The notes: a model not told the origin generated them from the letters alone. A stretch of DNA of 64,000 nt from an uncultured bacterium (GCA_964632485.1 CAZWDO010000005.1:20249-84248); one strand, 5' to 3'. Positions 39,699 to 50,723 are shown, numbered from the stretch's first letter. Numbers and translations are program-made.

Positions 39699-41809
39699 GT
39701 CATCTAAAACGTATCGCTATTATTCATAATACGGAATTCTATTTCCGGCTGGCTTCAGAATGCAATGAACGCTTTGAAATCAAATTCATAAAAGATATCC
39801 AGTCCATTAACAGCAGTATGGTTTTCAATTATATTTTTTTTGACTCGCTTTCCGATACTGATATCAGTTCCTTTATTCAATTTCTCCGGGATATTGCCTA
39901 TACACCGCTAATAATCTTTTTATACCATGAAGAATCCTCCATAAAGGATATGCAGAGTATTATCAACCTACTCCCCATTCATAAAATGTTTCCCGTATCG
40001 GTCTCTTTATTTGACCTGATAAAAGAATTCAATATGGATGAGATCGTTCTCAATCCCCAGGTTGCCGATATTTCACTCGGGCTTACTCATCGAACTCATC
40101 AGATTAAACTTCAGAATTCCAGCCACCCGGAAGATGAAAACTCCCTGGTAGTCAATAGCCTGATCAATTCGGTTCGACAAGCTCACACCATGCAAAACTT
40201 AAATGAAACAATCTATTCCATACTTGAAAATCTAAGTAGTATCGGACAATTCGAAGGCACGGGATGCTACCTGATCGATTTTGAAAAAAATTACTTTTTT
40301 AATTCCACCAGTCAGATTAAAATTTGCAACCGCATTCCGTTAGCCAAGGTACAAAACCTGCTTTTACCGATCATTGAGAATAAAAAACAATTTCTTCAGT
40401 TAACATTAACGGAGCATCAACCTTTTTATCAACTATCGTGCGATGGGGGTTCGACTCTCTTTTACGCTATGCGCGAACAGGATCGGATTATCGGCATTCT
40501 TTCCGCTTCCTCCCCGCAAAAATCCGAAGATTATTTGCATTATATCCGCATCGTGATGTATATTTATTCCAGCATCATCGTTCCGATTATCAATAACCGT
40601 ATTAATATGGATGCCCTGAAAAAGAAAAATGAAGAATACAACCGAACTTTAAATGATCTCAATCATCTATATGATGAACTGCAGCTCCATTCAGTCGTAC
40701 TGGATCAAATTCGGGAAATCACCCGCAAAATCCACTCGACTCTTAATATTCAACGGATCATCGAGGAAATTGTCAATGATGTTTGCCATCTGTTGAACAC
40801 TGAATTCTCGTTATTTTATTACATATACGACAATAATGAGCATATAAGCTTCAGTGACAACATGCTAGTTGACATCATCAATGACACCATATTCAACTTT
40901 CAGGATCGGGTGTTAAAGAATGTCCTTCATTTTGAGTATTTAAAAGACAAGTATAAAATATTTTTTAAAAAAATAGCTGAAGACACTCAAATAATCAAGC
41001 ACAACATATTAACGGAAACCGATCTGTTTTATTCCTCCACACACCATAAAATTCATAATTATATCGCAATTCCGCTACCCAGCAATTCCAAAATAAAAGG
41101 CGCTTTTCTCACATTCAATAAAGCGGAACCATTCAACGATACAGACCTGTTTATGATGCGGGCGTTGGCCGAGTCGGGAGTGACAGCTATTATGAATGCC
41201 AGCCTGGTTGACCATTTGCAGAAGATGTTTCTAAATACGATCACAACGCTGGGAGCAACGATAGAAGCCCGCGATGAATATACCCGGGGGCATACGGAAC
41301 GGGTATCCGAATACATTATTCGTATCGCCGAAAAACTGAACTGGACGGAGGAACAATTACGGTTTGCGGCGATCGGGGGGATTCTGCATGATATTGGTAA
41401 AATCGGCATTAGTGATACCATACTCAATAAACCCGGAAAACTAACCCTGGATGAGTATGAACGGATTAAACAGCATAGTGTGATTGGACAAAAAATAATT
41501 GAAAACATCGAAGAGCTTCATGAAGTGGGCAACTATATTTTATATCACCACGAAAAGTATGATGGTACGGGGTATCCTTTCGGACTTGTCGGGGAAGCCA
41601 TTCCGCTGGAAGGACGCATCACAGCGATTGCGGATGTATTCGATGCCTTAACCTCCCATCGGGTTTATCGACAGGCATTGCCGGTCAAAGCCGCTATTGA
41701 CGAGCTTGTCCGTTGCAGAGGAACACATTTTGATCCTCGACTCGTCGATATTTTTGTTAATCTTTACCAAACACACACTTTGGATGATATCTTCAAGACT
41801 TTGGAATAA
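39695..41809 (+). CDS. HD-GYP domain c-di-GMP phosphodiesterase with ~470-aa N-terminal region of unknown (GAF-like?) domains
   Basis: C-terminal 'HDIGKIGISDTILNKPGKLT...HHEKYDGTGYPFGL' HD-GYP signature. 4-nt overlap with tatC. Confidence 0.75.
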   Translation: MSHLKRIAIIHNTEFYFRLASECNERFEIKFIKDIQSINSSMVFNYIFFDSLSDTDISSFIQFLRDIAYTPLIIFLYHEESSIKDMQSIINLLPIHKMFPVSVSLFDLIKEFNMDEIVLNPQVADISLGLTHRTHQIKLQNSSHPEDENSLVVNSLINSVRQAHTMQNLNETIYSILENLSSIGQFEGTGCYLIDFEKNYFFNSTSQIKICNRIPLAKVQNLLLPIIENKKQFLQLTLTEHQPFYQLSCDGGSTLFYAMREQDRIIGILSASSPQKSEDYLHYIRIVMYIYSSIIVPIINNRINMDALKKKNEEYNRTLNDLNHLYDELQLHSVVLDQIREITRKIHSTLNIQRIIEEIVNDVCHLLNTEFSLFYYIYDNNEHISFSDNMLVDIINDTIFNFQDRVLKNVLHFEYLKDKYKIFFKKIAEDTQIIKHNILTETDLFYSSTHHKIHNYIAIPLPSNSKIKGAFLTFNKAEPFNDTDLFMMRALAESGVTAIMNASLVDHLQKMFLNTITTLGATIEARDEYTRGHTERVSEYIIRIAEKLNWTEEQLRFAAIGGILHDIGKIGISDTILNKPGKLTLDEYERIKQHSVIGQKIIENIEELHEVGNYILYHHEKYDGTGYPFGLVGEAIPLEGRITAIADVFDALTSHRVYRQALPVKAAIDELVRCRGTHFDPRLVDIFVNLYQTHTLDDIFKTLE

Positions 41810-43856
41810 ACTTTTCCCAATTGCAGCCATTGGTTTTCTGACAAATTTTCTGAATTTGCTCATTTTTCGGCAAACAATCCTGCTTTCGACTCAGCAAACC
41901 ATATCCTCCGGATTTTTTTTCCTTATATTATTCATCAGCCTTTCTCATGCTATGATCAAACCCCTGACCAATTACCGCTATCTTTTCTGGCTTTTCCCGG
42001 CCTTTTTGGCGCTCTTGATTTTTTTTCCTGATCTATTGCTTTACTATTCGAAGTTAAACATCTTCGCTTATCCCTCGTTTTTTTTACAAATTACCGCCTT
42101 TATATTTTTTCTGATACCAGCCAACCATTTTTGGGGAACTTTGCTCGTGACCCAAAGCGAGCCATATTTAGAACATTCCGGTTCTCATCCGATTCATGTT
42201 TATCTGGCAGATACAGCGGGAAGCATGTGGGCGGGCCTGGTCTATTTTCTCTTTCAATATCTATTTAACCATCTCATTTTTTTTGCCGGCCTCTCTCTTC
42301 TCCTGATTGGTTACATTTATGCTTACAATCAAACTAATTCTCGCCTCCGGGTGGTTATTTTTTCAATTTATTTACTATTATTTATTGGAACAATGGGAAT
42401 GATACGCTCACATTTATCGCAACGGGTGAATACCTTTATCACACCGTATCAATCTGTATATCGGATTGAAACCAATTACAACCAGCTATTTTACAGTTAC
42501 CGGGATCAAATTGGCGCTCAGGAGCGCATGGCTCAGAATTATCAATATTTCGATCTATTAATGGGTATCGCTCCGGAAATAGAAACACTGCTGATCGTCA
42601 ATGGCAAAGAGTACCAATTACTCAAGCATATCCAGCAGTTTCGACTCAGTCGGGTGGAATGGCAAACCCCGGACCACCGACTTTTCAAGTATATGAAAGG
42701 GCAATTAGGGTCTGATTGGGATTCCGTTTCGATAGATGTTAATATTCAGACAGCGCATCAAATTATCGGTGGGGAATCTGATCCGAGGCAGTCACTGCTT
42801 ATATTTGCCCCGCCTCCGCTGACTCCTGGCAACCTCTATTTCTATAACCTTTTAAGCAGTGGGAAGCTATCGATCAGCAAAAGCGGTATGGCAGCGATTA
42901 TTCTACCGATTAACACCAATTATCAGTCCAAAGCCGAGAAACAGTTCTGGCGGGATTTTCGCAATAAACTGGAAAAATCATACCCATATTGCCATTGGAT
43001 TATTTCTGAATTTGCGCTGGTAATAATTCATCAGTCTCCATGGACAATTCCACCAGCCAATATATTAGCAGAGAACTTCCGAACGAAGAGACGCGACCCG
43101 CAGTTAAAATCTGAACAGTTATTCCCATTTTTTATGGATACTCTCCGCGCCGGGGAATGGACAAATCAACTGGAAACAGCCCCACCTTCAGACGCGTTTA
43201 GCGATTTCCGGCTTATTTCCGGCAAATCATTAGCATACGGATCGACGGTTGCATGGTTTATGCGTTACTTCCAGGAAATAGCAATACTGATTATTTTTTT
43301 GTTTATCCTGGTGATTTTTTGGGAATTTCGATTTCATCCCTTCCATCACCAGATATTTTTTCTCACAGGGTTCATTTCTCTCTCGTTATTTTTATTTCTA
43401 TTTATGAAATATGAACATCAGCATGGGCTGATGATCCGGGATCTATGTTTATTCAATTCCATGATTTTTTCAGGTATGATCCTGGGAATTTTTTATATCA
43501 AAAAATTTCCGGGAATCAGTCCGGCAATCGATATTATTCTTTATTTACTGCTTCTAATTTTTGTGCCGGTATATTCCCTGACGACCTGTCTGCTCTTTTT
43601 AATCATCTGGGGGATGATACAGAGCAAACTCTATCATATCTACACGCACCGGATGGGCAATCTGGTGTGCGAAACCCAGGCCCTCATGTCGAACGACACG
43701 ATGGGCACCGCATTAGCCGCTCTAATGGCAATGGGTTTTCAGGTCATAATGTTTGAGACTGCGCAATTCTACTTTATTTTAAGTATAACAGCCCTCCTGG
43801 TTATTAATTTAGTCATGGCGCGGTTTCATCACACCTTATTTAAAAAGCGACAATAA
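41784..43856 (+). CDS. uncharacterised polytopic membrane protein (~690 aa; two TM bundles flanking a soluble middle domain)
   Basis: The long ORF is open from 41697, but ATG 41784 is the first start near the HD-GYP stop (26-nt overlap). Extremely hydrophobic N- and C-terminal thirds. No family recognised. Confidence 0.4.
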   Translation: MISSRLWNKLFPIAAIGFLTNFLNLLIFRQTILLSTQQTISSGFFFLILFISLSHAMIKPLTNYRYLFWLFPAFLALLIFFPDLLLYYSKLNIFAYPSFFLQITAFIFFLIPANHFWGTLLVTQSEPYLEHSGSHPIHVYLADTAGSMWAGLVYFLFQYLFNHLIFFAGLSLLLIGYIYAYNQTNSRLRVVIFSIYLLLFIGTMGMIRSHLSQRVNTFITPYQSVYRIETNYNQLFYSYRDQIGAQERMAQNYQYFDLLMGIAPEIETLLIVNGKEYQLLKHIQQFRLSRVEWQTPDHRLFKYMKGQLGSDWDSVSIDVNIQTAHQIIGGESDPRQSLLIFAPPPLTPGNLYFYNLLSSGKLSISKSGMAAIILPINTNYQSKAEKQFWRDFRNKLEKSYPYCHWIISEFALVIIHQSPWTIPPANILAENFRTKRRDPQLKSEQLFPFFMDTLRAGEWTNQLETAPPSDAFSDFRLISGKSLAYGSTVAWFMRYFQEIAILIIFLFILVIFWEFRFHPFHHQIFFLTGFISLSLFLFLFMKYEHQHGLMIRDLCLFNSMIFSGMILGIFYIKKFPGISPAIDIILYLLLLIFVPVYSLTTCLLFLIIWGMIQSKLYHIYTHRMGNLVCETQALMSNDTMGTALAALMAMGFQVIMFETAQFYFILSITALLVINLVMARFHHTLFKKRQ

Positions 43857-45080
43857 GTTTTGCGGCAGGAACATGGCCTGAGCCATCATTGAAAGGCCGG
43901 TTTGCTGTAAAATTTGCAGCCGTGAAGATTCTAATTGTTCTTTGGCCATATCGGCATCCTGGATGCGGCTGGCAGCGGCGCGAACGTTGGTCTCAGAAAC
44001 AGAAATAGCATCTTCTTTAAATGACAGGCGTTGACCCTTGGAACCGATATTAGCGGTCATGTGGTTTACTTTTTTAATGACGTCATTAACGACACGCAGT
44101 GTCTCGATGGCATTGCCGTGATGGCTTAAGTCCAATCGGGTAGTACGCGCATTACGGACTTCAAATGTTGTTTGTGAATTTGGTAAAATGGTATCAAAAA
44201 CCGGATTGGCCGGATCGGTCGTATCAGGCTGTTGAAACGAAATTTTTATGCCTTCAATCAAATACTGATTGCCGGTTAAACCATTCCCTCCAGAGGCATA
44301 TTTTTCCTGGTTATAGAGTTCTTCCATCGAAATCTCTTTGATCCAGGTAGTGCCGCCCGCGGAATCAAAACCATTGCTATCGAATTCCACATAAATTTTA
44401 GCAGATGTAGCATCCTGACCTGCATTGTGAATGGTCTTAACACGGTAAAACCCATTCGGCGCGATAGATTCAGCATCATTATTGATCTGGACGTCGGTCA
44501 CGCTGGTCCCGGGGTTGATCGACAGGCTTTGCAGATTGCCGTGAATGGAAGTTTCCCAACCATTGCCGCCAATTTGTAGATCTTCGGAATAAAATGACAT
44601 CGGCACGTTAAAATTAGTGCGATCCGTATAATCGGGCCCGGTCTGAAAAAACTTGCTCTGGAATTTTCCATCAAGCAGGCGTTGGTCGCCCCAACGGGTT
44701 GTTTCTACAATTTGATTAATTTCCTGGGCAATTTCCTCCACTACCGACTGGATTTCAATCCTTTCTTCTGCGGTTAATGAATCATCTGCCGCTCGGATCA
44801 CATTCTTACGAACCTCTTCTAATAGTTTAGCAATCGAATTTGCGCCGCCCTCGGCAACACCTAAAAGATTACGAGCCGTACCAATATTATCCGACGCATT
44901 CGATAGACCGTCCGCGCGAACAATCAGTTTGCGGGCCAGGATAAAACCAGCCGGGTCATCGCTTGCGACATTGATACGGAATCCCGACGACAACCGTTCC
45001 TGCGTCTGTTCCATCTTTTTGGTGTTGAAGAACAACGAATTGTATGCCTTCAACGCCGTTACGTTGGTATTGATGCGCAT
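43836..45080 (-). CDS. fliC: flagellin
   Basis: AAGGAGG RBS 6 nt before ATG 45080 (MRINTNVTALKAYNSL...LSSGFRINVASDDPAGF). Conserved flagellin C-terminus '...LQILQQTGLSMMAQAMFLPQNLLSLFK'. The 3' end overlaps the convergent membrane-protein gene by 21 nt. Confidence 0.85.
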   Translation of the reverse strand: MRINTNVTALKAYNSLFFNTKKMEQTQERLSSGFRINVASDDPAGFILARKLIVRADGLSNASDNIGTARNLLGVAEGGANSIAKLLEEVRKNVIRAADDSLTAEERIEIQSVVEEIAQEINQIVETTRWGDQRLLDGKFQSKFFQTGPDYTDRTNFNVPMSFYSEDLQIGGNGWETSIHGNLQSLSINPGTSVTDVQINNDAESIAPNGFYRVKTIHNAGQDATSAKIYVEFDSNGFDSAGGTTWIKEISMEELYNQEKYASGGNGLTGNQYLIEGIKISFQQPDTTDPANPVFDTILPNSQTTFEVRNARTTRLDLSHHGNAIETLRVVNDVIKKVNHMTANIGSKGQRLSFKEDAISVSETNVRAAASRIQDADMAKEQLESSRLQILQQTGLSMMAQAMFLPQNLLSLFK

Positions 45081-45128
45081 AAATTCCTCCTTTATTCCTT
45101 TCAAGGTTTAAGTTCAGCTAAGAACTCT

Positions 45129-45144
45129 TGCATTTATCATACCA
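45129..45144 (-). promoter_or_regulatory. candidate sigma54-type (-24/-12) promoter for fliC
   Basis: Minus-strand sequence TGGTAT-GATAA-ATGCA fits TGGCAC-N5-TTGCA at the GG/GC core with correct spacing. About 50 nt upstream of the fliC ATG. No sigma28 (TAAA-N15-GCCGATAA) match found. Confidence 0.3.
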
Positions 45145-45471
45145 ATATTTTCATATCCCGCTTTCCCATGGACAATTAAACATTATTAAATGAGTTAATT
45201 AGCTATTTATCAATAGGTTAAACAAATACCCCCACACGTTTGCTCTTAGGGTTTCCGTACCGGTCTTCATGGGAGTCAGTACGGAAAAAATAACCCGACA
45301 AATTCGGGTATGGGCTAAATTTTCCGGGTCAATTTTGCCGGGTACCTCAATCAGCGATTTCATGCTCACAATATCCAGAGAAAAAAATCATATAGAGCTT
45401 GAATGATCCTGTTGCGGAATATCCAGTATCTTTTCAACAGCAAACAGGAATTTATGCGATAAAAAAACAAC

Positions 45472-45500
45472 TTGACAAGAATTTAAAAATTAGTTATCAT
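45472..45500 (+). promoter_or_regulatory. sigma70-type promoter TTGACA-17-TATCAT for the MCP gene
   Basis: TTGACA 45472-45477, 17-nt spacer, TATCAT 45495-45500. About 160-nt 5' UTR containing a 12-bp palindrome AAAACCGGTTTT (45547-45558). Confidence 0.4.
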
Positions 45501-45666
45501 ATTGCTAAAGTCATAAACCGCCTTAAGAATGCAAACTCAGTCTATTTAAAACCGGTTTTCTGATATAGTGAGCAAATTCCGGCGCGGATTGATAATACAT
45601 TACGGAGCAAACCGACAGGATAATATTTTAGTTAATCGTGTATTATTTCTTGAAAGGAGAATAAAA

Positions 45667-47640
45667 ATGCGATTTAAGGACATTGATTTAAAAAAGAAAC
45701 TGATACTATTATTTGTAACGATTGCCATGATTCCAATACTCATTTTAAGCTGGATTTCAATAACAAAAAGCCGGACGGCAATTAATCATGAGGCAATCAG
45801 CCGATTGGAATCTGTGAAAAATCTTAAAAAGAACTGGTTAAAAGAATATTTATTGGGTGTGAGACGATTTTTAAAGCAGGCGGGGGATTACGCTTTCATT
45901 CAGAATCTTTATACTGATTTAATTGATTATCATCTATTGATGAAAATCGGACCTCAAGAGCCTTTTATTACAGATAATGTGAATTATAAGCAAATTTACT
46001 CCAAATATTATCCACTGATCGATCGCTGGGTGAGTGAAAACAGACTTGATGATGTTTATTTAGTATGCGCCGAACATGGGCATATTATGTTTAGTTGGGC
46101 CAAAAAAAATGATCTGGGTGCTAATCTGGGTTTCGGTCCGCTTAACGCCACCAGTATCGGCCAATTATGGAAAATCGTGAAGGAAACAGGCCAGTACCGG
46201 GTGATGGACTATAGTCCTTATCCTCCGTCAGACGGCAAACCGGTTTTTTTTGCCTCCACTCCCATCTTGCGCAACAACAAGGTAGTCGCCATGTTGGTGG
46301 TACAAATATCATTGGATCGGATCAATGAGATCATGGGCGAAAGACAAGGGATGGGAGAAACCGAAGAAACATATTTGGTGGGCGAAGACTATCTTATGCG
46401 TTCAAATTCATTTTTGAAACTGGAATCCCATTCAATATTGGCCAGTTTCGCTAATCCTGAACTCGGCAGCGTTAAAACTGAATCTGTCCGACTCGCCTTT
46501 GAGGGAAAAATTGGAACTAAAAAAATCCGGAATTATCTGGGAAATTCGGTATGGAGTTCCTATGACTTGGTAGATTTAAATTACTACCGTTGGGCGATCG
46601 TAGCGGAAATCGACGAAGCGGAACTGGAAGAGCCGATCCATGCGCTTCAGATAGCCATGTTGCTGATTTCAATCGTTTTTGTTGTGGGGATTTTTATTAT
46701 GGGTATCATTTTTTCAAGCTATATCACCCGTCCGCTGATTAAACTCAATAATCTTTTAAAGCAGGTGATATCGAAAACATCAGTCGATTTAACCCAACGT
46801 TTGAATAGTGACGCAAAAGATGAAACCGGCCAACTGGCATCGACATTGGACTGGTTTTTCGACACCTTGGAAACAAATTTTAAAACCATATCCGAATCGT
46901 CAATTCAATTTCTGGAGGCTAGTAATCAGATTTCAGACGCCGCGCAATCATCATCCCATGCCAGTCAGATTCAAGCAACGTCAGCCGTGGAAATATCAGC
47001 TTCAGCACAGGAAATCAGTGAAAAAATGAAATTAAGTCTGACACAGATAATCCATGCGAATTCACGGACAGCTCATGCTTTAAAAGATGCCGATAAGGGA
47101 ATGGATTTAGTCAAAGAAACTGAAAACTCCATGGAAAAAATCACTAAGAGTAACAAAGCCGTCGCGGAGATTGTCACATTAGTGAATGAGATCGCTTTTC
47201 AAACCAATTTATTGGCTCTCAATGCCGCTGTTGAGGCGGCCCGGGCCGGGGAAGCCGGCAAGGGATTTGCTGTAGTAGCCACCGAAGTGCGTTCTTTGGC
47301 GCAACGCTCGGCAGAATCAGCCGGACGAATTAAAAATCTGATCACCGAAAATTCACAAATGATTCGCAATGGCAACGACGTAGTTCAACAAACCACTACC
47401 TTGTTTGATCAGATTCAGGATGCTATCCGGCAAATTGCCGAAAACCTCAATGAGATACAAACCAGTATGGATGAAAATGTGAACGGGCTCAACCAGGTCA
47501 ATTCAGCAATCGATGAAATCAATAATTCAATTCAGGCCAATGCCTCTCAAGCTGAAGAGCTGGCTGCTACCGGGGAAGAGATCAGCTCTCAGGCCCAATC
47601 GTTAAATACTATTATCAGTTTGTTCCAGATACGGGATTAG
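45667..47640 (+). CDS. methyl-accepting chemotaxis protein (periplasmic Cache-like sensor, HAMP, MA domain)
   Basis: ATG 45667 after GAAAGGAG RBS. Two TM segments. C-terminal MCP signalling domain '[35 protein letters not shown]'. Confidence 0.8.
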   Translation: MRFKDIDLKKKLILLFVTIAMIPILILSWISITKSRTAINHEAISRLESVKNLKKNWLKEYLLGVRRFLKQAGDYAFIQNLYTDLIDYHLLMKIGPQEPFITDNVNYKQIYSKYYPLIDRWVSENRLDDVYLVCAEHGHIMFSWAKKNDLGANLGFGPLNATSIGQLWKIVKETGQYRVMDYSPYPPSDGKPVFFASTPILRNNKVVAMLVVQISLDRINEIMGERQGMGETEETYLVGEDYLMRSNSFLKLESHSILASFANPELGSVKTESVRLAFEGKIGTKKIRNYLGNSVWSSYDLVDLNYYRWAIVAEIDEAELEEPIHALQIAMLLISIVFVVGIFIMGIIFSSYITRPLIKLNNLLKQVISKTSVDLTQRLNSDAKDETGQLASTLDWFFDTLETNFKTISESSIQFLEASNQISDAAQSSSHASQIQATSAVEISASAQEISEKMKLSLTQIIHANSRTAHALKDADKGMDLVKETENSMEKITKSNKAVAEIVTLVNEIAFQTNLLALNAAVEAARAGEAGKGFAVVATEVRSLAQRSAESAGRIKNLITENSQMIRNGNDVVQQTTTLFDQIQDAIRQIAENLNEIQTSMDENVNGLNQVNSAIDEINNSIQANASQAEELAATGEEISSQAQSLNTIISLFQIRD

Positions 47641-47747
47641 CGATATAATCCCAAGCGCTCTCATTATCTCTAATGGGTGGGAAAGCCTCCTATTCTTGAA
47701 GCTTTCTCTCCAGATATCACGAAACCAAAACCGGAAAAGGATCGGCA

Positions 47748-50723
47748 ATGGAACAATATTTTGATTTACCGGAAAAAGCAACAATCTTCGCCGGTACTTT
47801 TTACAATAATCCTTTTCCCTTAGCAATCTCCTGTCTGGACACCGGCAAGTTCACCGACATTAATTCAGCTTTTACTGATTTGACCGGTTACCTTCGGCAG
47901 GAAGTGATTGGCAAGCAATCCTCTGAAATTAATCTGTTCGTCAATTACGAAGAACGGCAGAAAATTATTCAGCAATTGGATCAGCAATCATTTATCAAGG
48001 GATACGAAGCTCAGATCAGATGCAAGGACGGCCACGCTGTCTATGGACTGTTTTTCATTGAATTGTTCACATTTGATTTAATGAAATATATAGTTACCGG
48101 CTGTATCGACATTTCAAAAACAAAAAAACTGGAACAGGAATACCAGTTAAACGACCAGAGGTTGCGGGAAGCCCAGCGGTTGGCGCATATCGGCAATTGG
48201 GAATTAGAGATAAAAACGGATCAATTACACTGGTCCGAAGAGATTTATCGCATTTTTGAAATCGATCCCACTCAATTCATGCCATCCTATCATTCTTTTT
48301 TAAAAATCATTCATCCCGATGACCGGAAAATGGTCAATCAGGCCTATTCAGAATCACTTATAAACCATACGCCCTATCAGATGGTCCATCGGCTAATGAT
48401 GCCGGATGGGCGGATAAAATATGTTCAGGAACTGGGTCAGACCCATTACAATGATCGAGGAGAAGCTATCAAATCGATCGGTACGGTGCAGGATATTACC
48501 GCATTAAAAGAAGTGGAAGAACGGTTGAAAGAAATTTCAGACGAGAACCATCGAATTTTTACGTTTGCCATTAACATGAGCTGTATTGCCGGATTTGATG
48601 GTTACTTCAAAAAACTTAATCCATCCTGGGAGAAAACACTCGGTTGGTCTAATGAAGAGTTAATGGCGCAACCTTTTATCCAATTCGTTCATCCTGAAGA
48701 TATTGAAGACACACTTAACGCCACAAAAAAACTGTCAGAAGGCAACCATGTGATCTCCTTTGAAAACAGATATCGCTGTAAGGATGGATCCTATCGCTGG
48801 TTGTTGTGGAATTCCACATTTGACATGACACTTAAGCTGATATATGCATCCGCCATAGATATCAGTGAGCGCAAAAAAGCCGAAGAATCAGTAAAAAAAA
48901 GCGAAGAACAGTTACGCAGCATATTTGAAACGGCGAATTTGGGAATTGTCTTTGGTGACAGCCAGGGCAGTATTATCTCAAACAATCAATATTTCGAGCA
49001 ACTGATGGAATATAATAAAGATGAGATGATAGGTATGAATTTCGGACAATTCACCATTGAGGATGACCTGAAAGAAGAGCTTAAATTATTCAATGAGATA
49101 CTGGCTTTGAAGCGTGATAAATATCGTTTAGAAAAACGCTATTTAACGAAACTGAAACGGATTATCTGGGCAGATATTTCAATTTCGGTGATACGGGATG
49201 AAGAATTAAAACCAAAATATTTTGTGGGCGCGATTGTCGATATTACGGCAAAAAAGGAGGCGGAAGAACAGCTCAAGCGCGCCAAAGAAGATGCGGAATC
49301 CGCTAATCGAGCCAAAAGCGAATTTCTGGCCAATATGAGCCACGAGATTCGGACCCCGATGAATGCGATACTCGGATTCGCCGACCTCTTATCCAATCTG
49401 GATTATGACGACAAACATCGTAAATATATAAATGGAATTTTGACCAGTGGAACCACTCTCTTGCAATTGATTAACGATATTCTTGATCTTTCAAAAATTG
49501 AAGCGGGGAAAATGCAATTAGAAATCAACCCCGTCAGTCTTTTCGATCTGCTCAATGAAATCAAACAGTTCTTTATCCTGAAAGCCAATGAAAAAGGAAT
49601 TAAACTGCAATCGCTGATCAGTTCAGAGACACCTCCCTGGCTATTTCTGGATGAGACCCGGATCCGGCAGGTGCTGGTGAATTTAGTGGGTAATGCGTTA
49701 AAATTCACAGACCAGGGGAGCATTAAAATTCAGACGGAAATTGAAAACTTTTGCCCGGAAATGAATACCTGCGATCTATTAATTGAAGTGATCGATACGG
49801 GAATCGGTATTCCGTTGGAACAACAAGAAATAATATTTGAAGCTTTCCGCCAGCAGGATAACCAGAGCACGCGCGTTTACGGAGGGACGGGTTTAGGGTT
49901 AACGATCAGCAAACGCTTGCTGCACATCATGGGAGGGACCCTCTCGGTTGTCAGCGCTCCCGGGCAGGGCTCCACCTTTGCAGTACGCCTTCCCCAGATC
50001 GCAATCAGTGAAATTGAAGATTCACGTCCAAAAGAAATCTCCTCGGTTCCCGCTATACTATTCAACGGACAAACTGTTATGCTGGTTGAAGATGTCCATT
50101 CCAACCGCATGGTCGTGGAAGGATATCTGGAAAATATGGGATTGCAACTAATTGAAGCGACCAATGGCGAAGAGGCGCTCAATATTTTAAAAGGAATAAC
50201 GCCAGATCTGATATTAATGGATATCCAAATGCCGGTACTCGATGGCTATCAGACCACGCGACAGATTCTTAAAGAACCCCGATGGGCGCATATTCCTATC
50301 ATTGCATTGACGGCATCGGCTTTGGAACGTGTCGGAGGATTGCCTGTAAAATTTTCAGCATTCATTCGCAAACCGGTTACCCGCCACGATCTGATATCCA
50401 TTCTCAGTCAGTACCTGGATCATGAGAAAATCGAAGCCATAGAAAGCGCAGACGTAAAAAGTTTTAAAATATCTCCGTTGCCGGAACCCCTAAGGACCGA
50501 TATAGAGAAAGTTTCGATGCCGGTATGGAAAAAAGTCAGGACACTGCTATCCAATGACGATATCAAACAATTTGCGGATATGATTCGCTCATTGGGGGAG
50601 ATACATGATCTCAATGAATTGGCTAATTATGGCGCGGAGATGTATCAGGCTTGCGCCTCTTTCAATATTAAAGATGCAGAACGCTTGTTTCTCGCTTTTC
50701 CCGGTTATCTGGGCGATCCCTGA
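47748..50723 (+). CDS. multi-PAS hybrid sensor histidine kinase with C-terminal receiver and extra ~150-aa domain
   Basis: About 4 PAS/PAC units. H-box 'MSHEIRTPMNAILGF'. HATPase_c 'GTGLGLTISKRL'. Receiver 'LILMDIQMPVLDGY'. Confidence 0.8.
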   Translation: MEQYFDLPEKATIFAGTFYNNPFPLAISCLDTGKFTDINSAFTDLTGYLRQEVIGKQSSEINLFVNYEERQKIIQQLDQQSFIKGYEAQIRCKDGHAVYGLFFIELFTFDLMKYIVTGCIDISKTKKLEQEYQLNDQRLREAQRLAHIGNWELEIKTDQLHWSEEIYRIFEIDPTQFMPSYHSFLKIIHPDDRKMVNQAYSESLINHTPYQMVHRLMMPDGRIKYVQELGQTHYNDRGEAIKSIGTVQDITALKEVEERLKEISDENHRIFTFAINMSCIAGFDGYFKKLNPSWEKTLGWSNEELMAQPFIQFVHPEDIEDTLNATKKLSEGNHVISFENRYRCKDGSYRWLLWNSTFDMTLKLIYASAIDISERKKAEESVKKSEEQLRSIFETANLGIVFGDSQGSIISNNQYFEQLMEYNKDEMIGMNFGQFTIEDDLKEELKLFNEILALKRDKYRLEKRYLTKLKRIIWADISISVIRDEELKPKYFVGAIVDITAKKEAEEQLKRAKEDAESANRAKSEFLANMSHEIRTPMNAILGFADLLSNLDYDDKHRKYINGILTSGTTLLQLINDILDLSKIEAGKMQLEINPVSLFDLLNEIKQFFILKANEKGIKLQSLISSETPPWLFLDETRIRQVLVNLVGNALKFTDQGSIKIQTEIENFCPEMNTCDLLIEVIDTGIGIPLEQQEIIFEAFRQQDNQSTRVYGGTGLGLTISKRLLHIMGGTLSVVSAPGQGSTFAVRLPQIAISEIEDSRPKEISSVPAILFNGQTVMLVEDVHSNRMVVEGYLENMGLQLIEATNGEEALNILKGITPDLILMDIQMPVLDGYQTTRQILKEPRWAHIPIIALTASALERVGGLPVKFSAFIRKPVTRHDLISILSQYLDHEKIEAIESADVKSFKISPLPEPLRTDIEKVSMPVWKKVRTLLSNDDIKQFADMIRSLGEIHDLNELANYGAEMYQACASFNIKDAERLFLAFPGYLGDP

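Noticed and set aside
45105-45300. Search for a sigma28 (TAAA-N15-GCCGATAA) flagellin promoter upstream of fliC
   Set aside because: Only a partial ATTGATAA with no correctly spaced -35 TAAA. A sigma54-like element fits better and is reported at low confidence.
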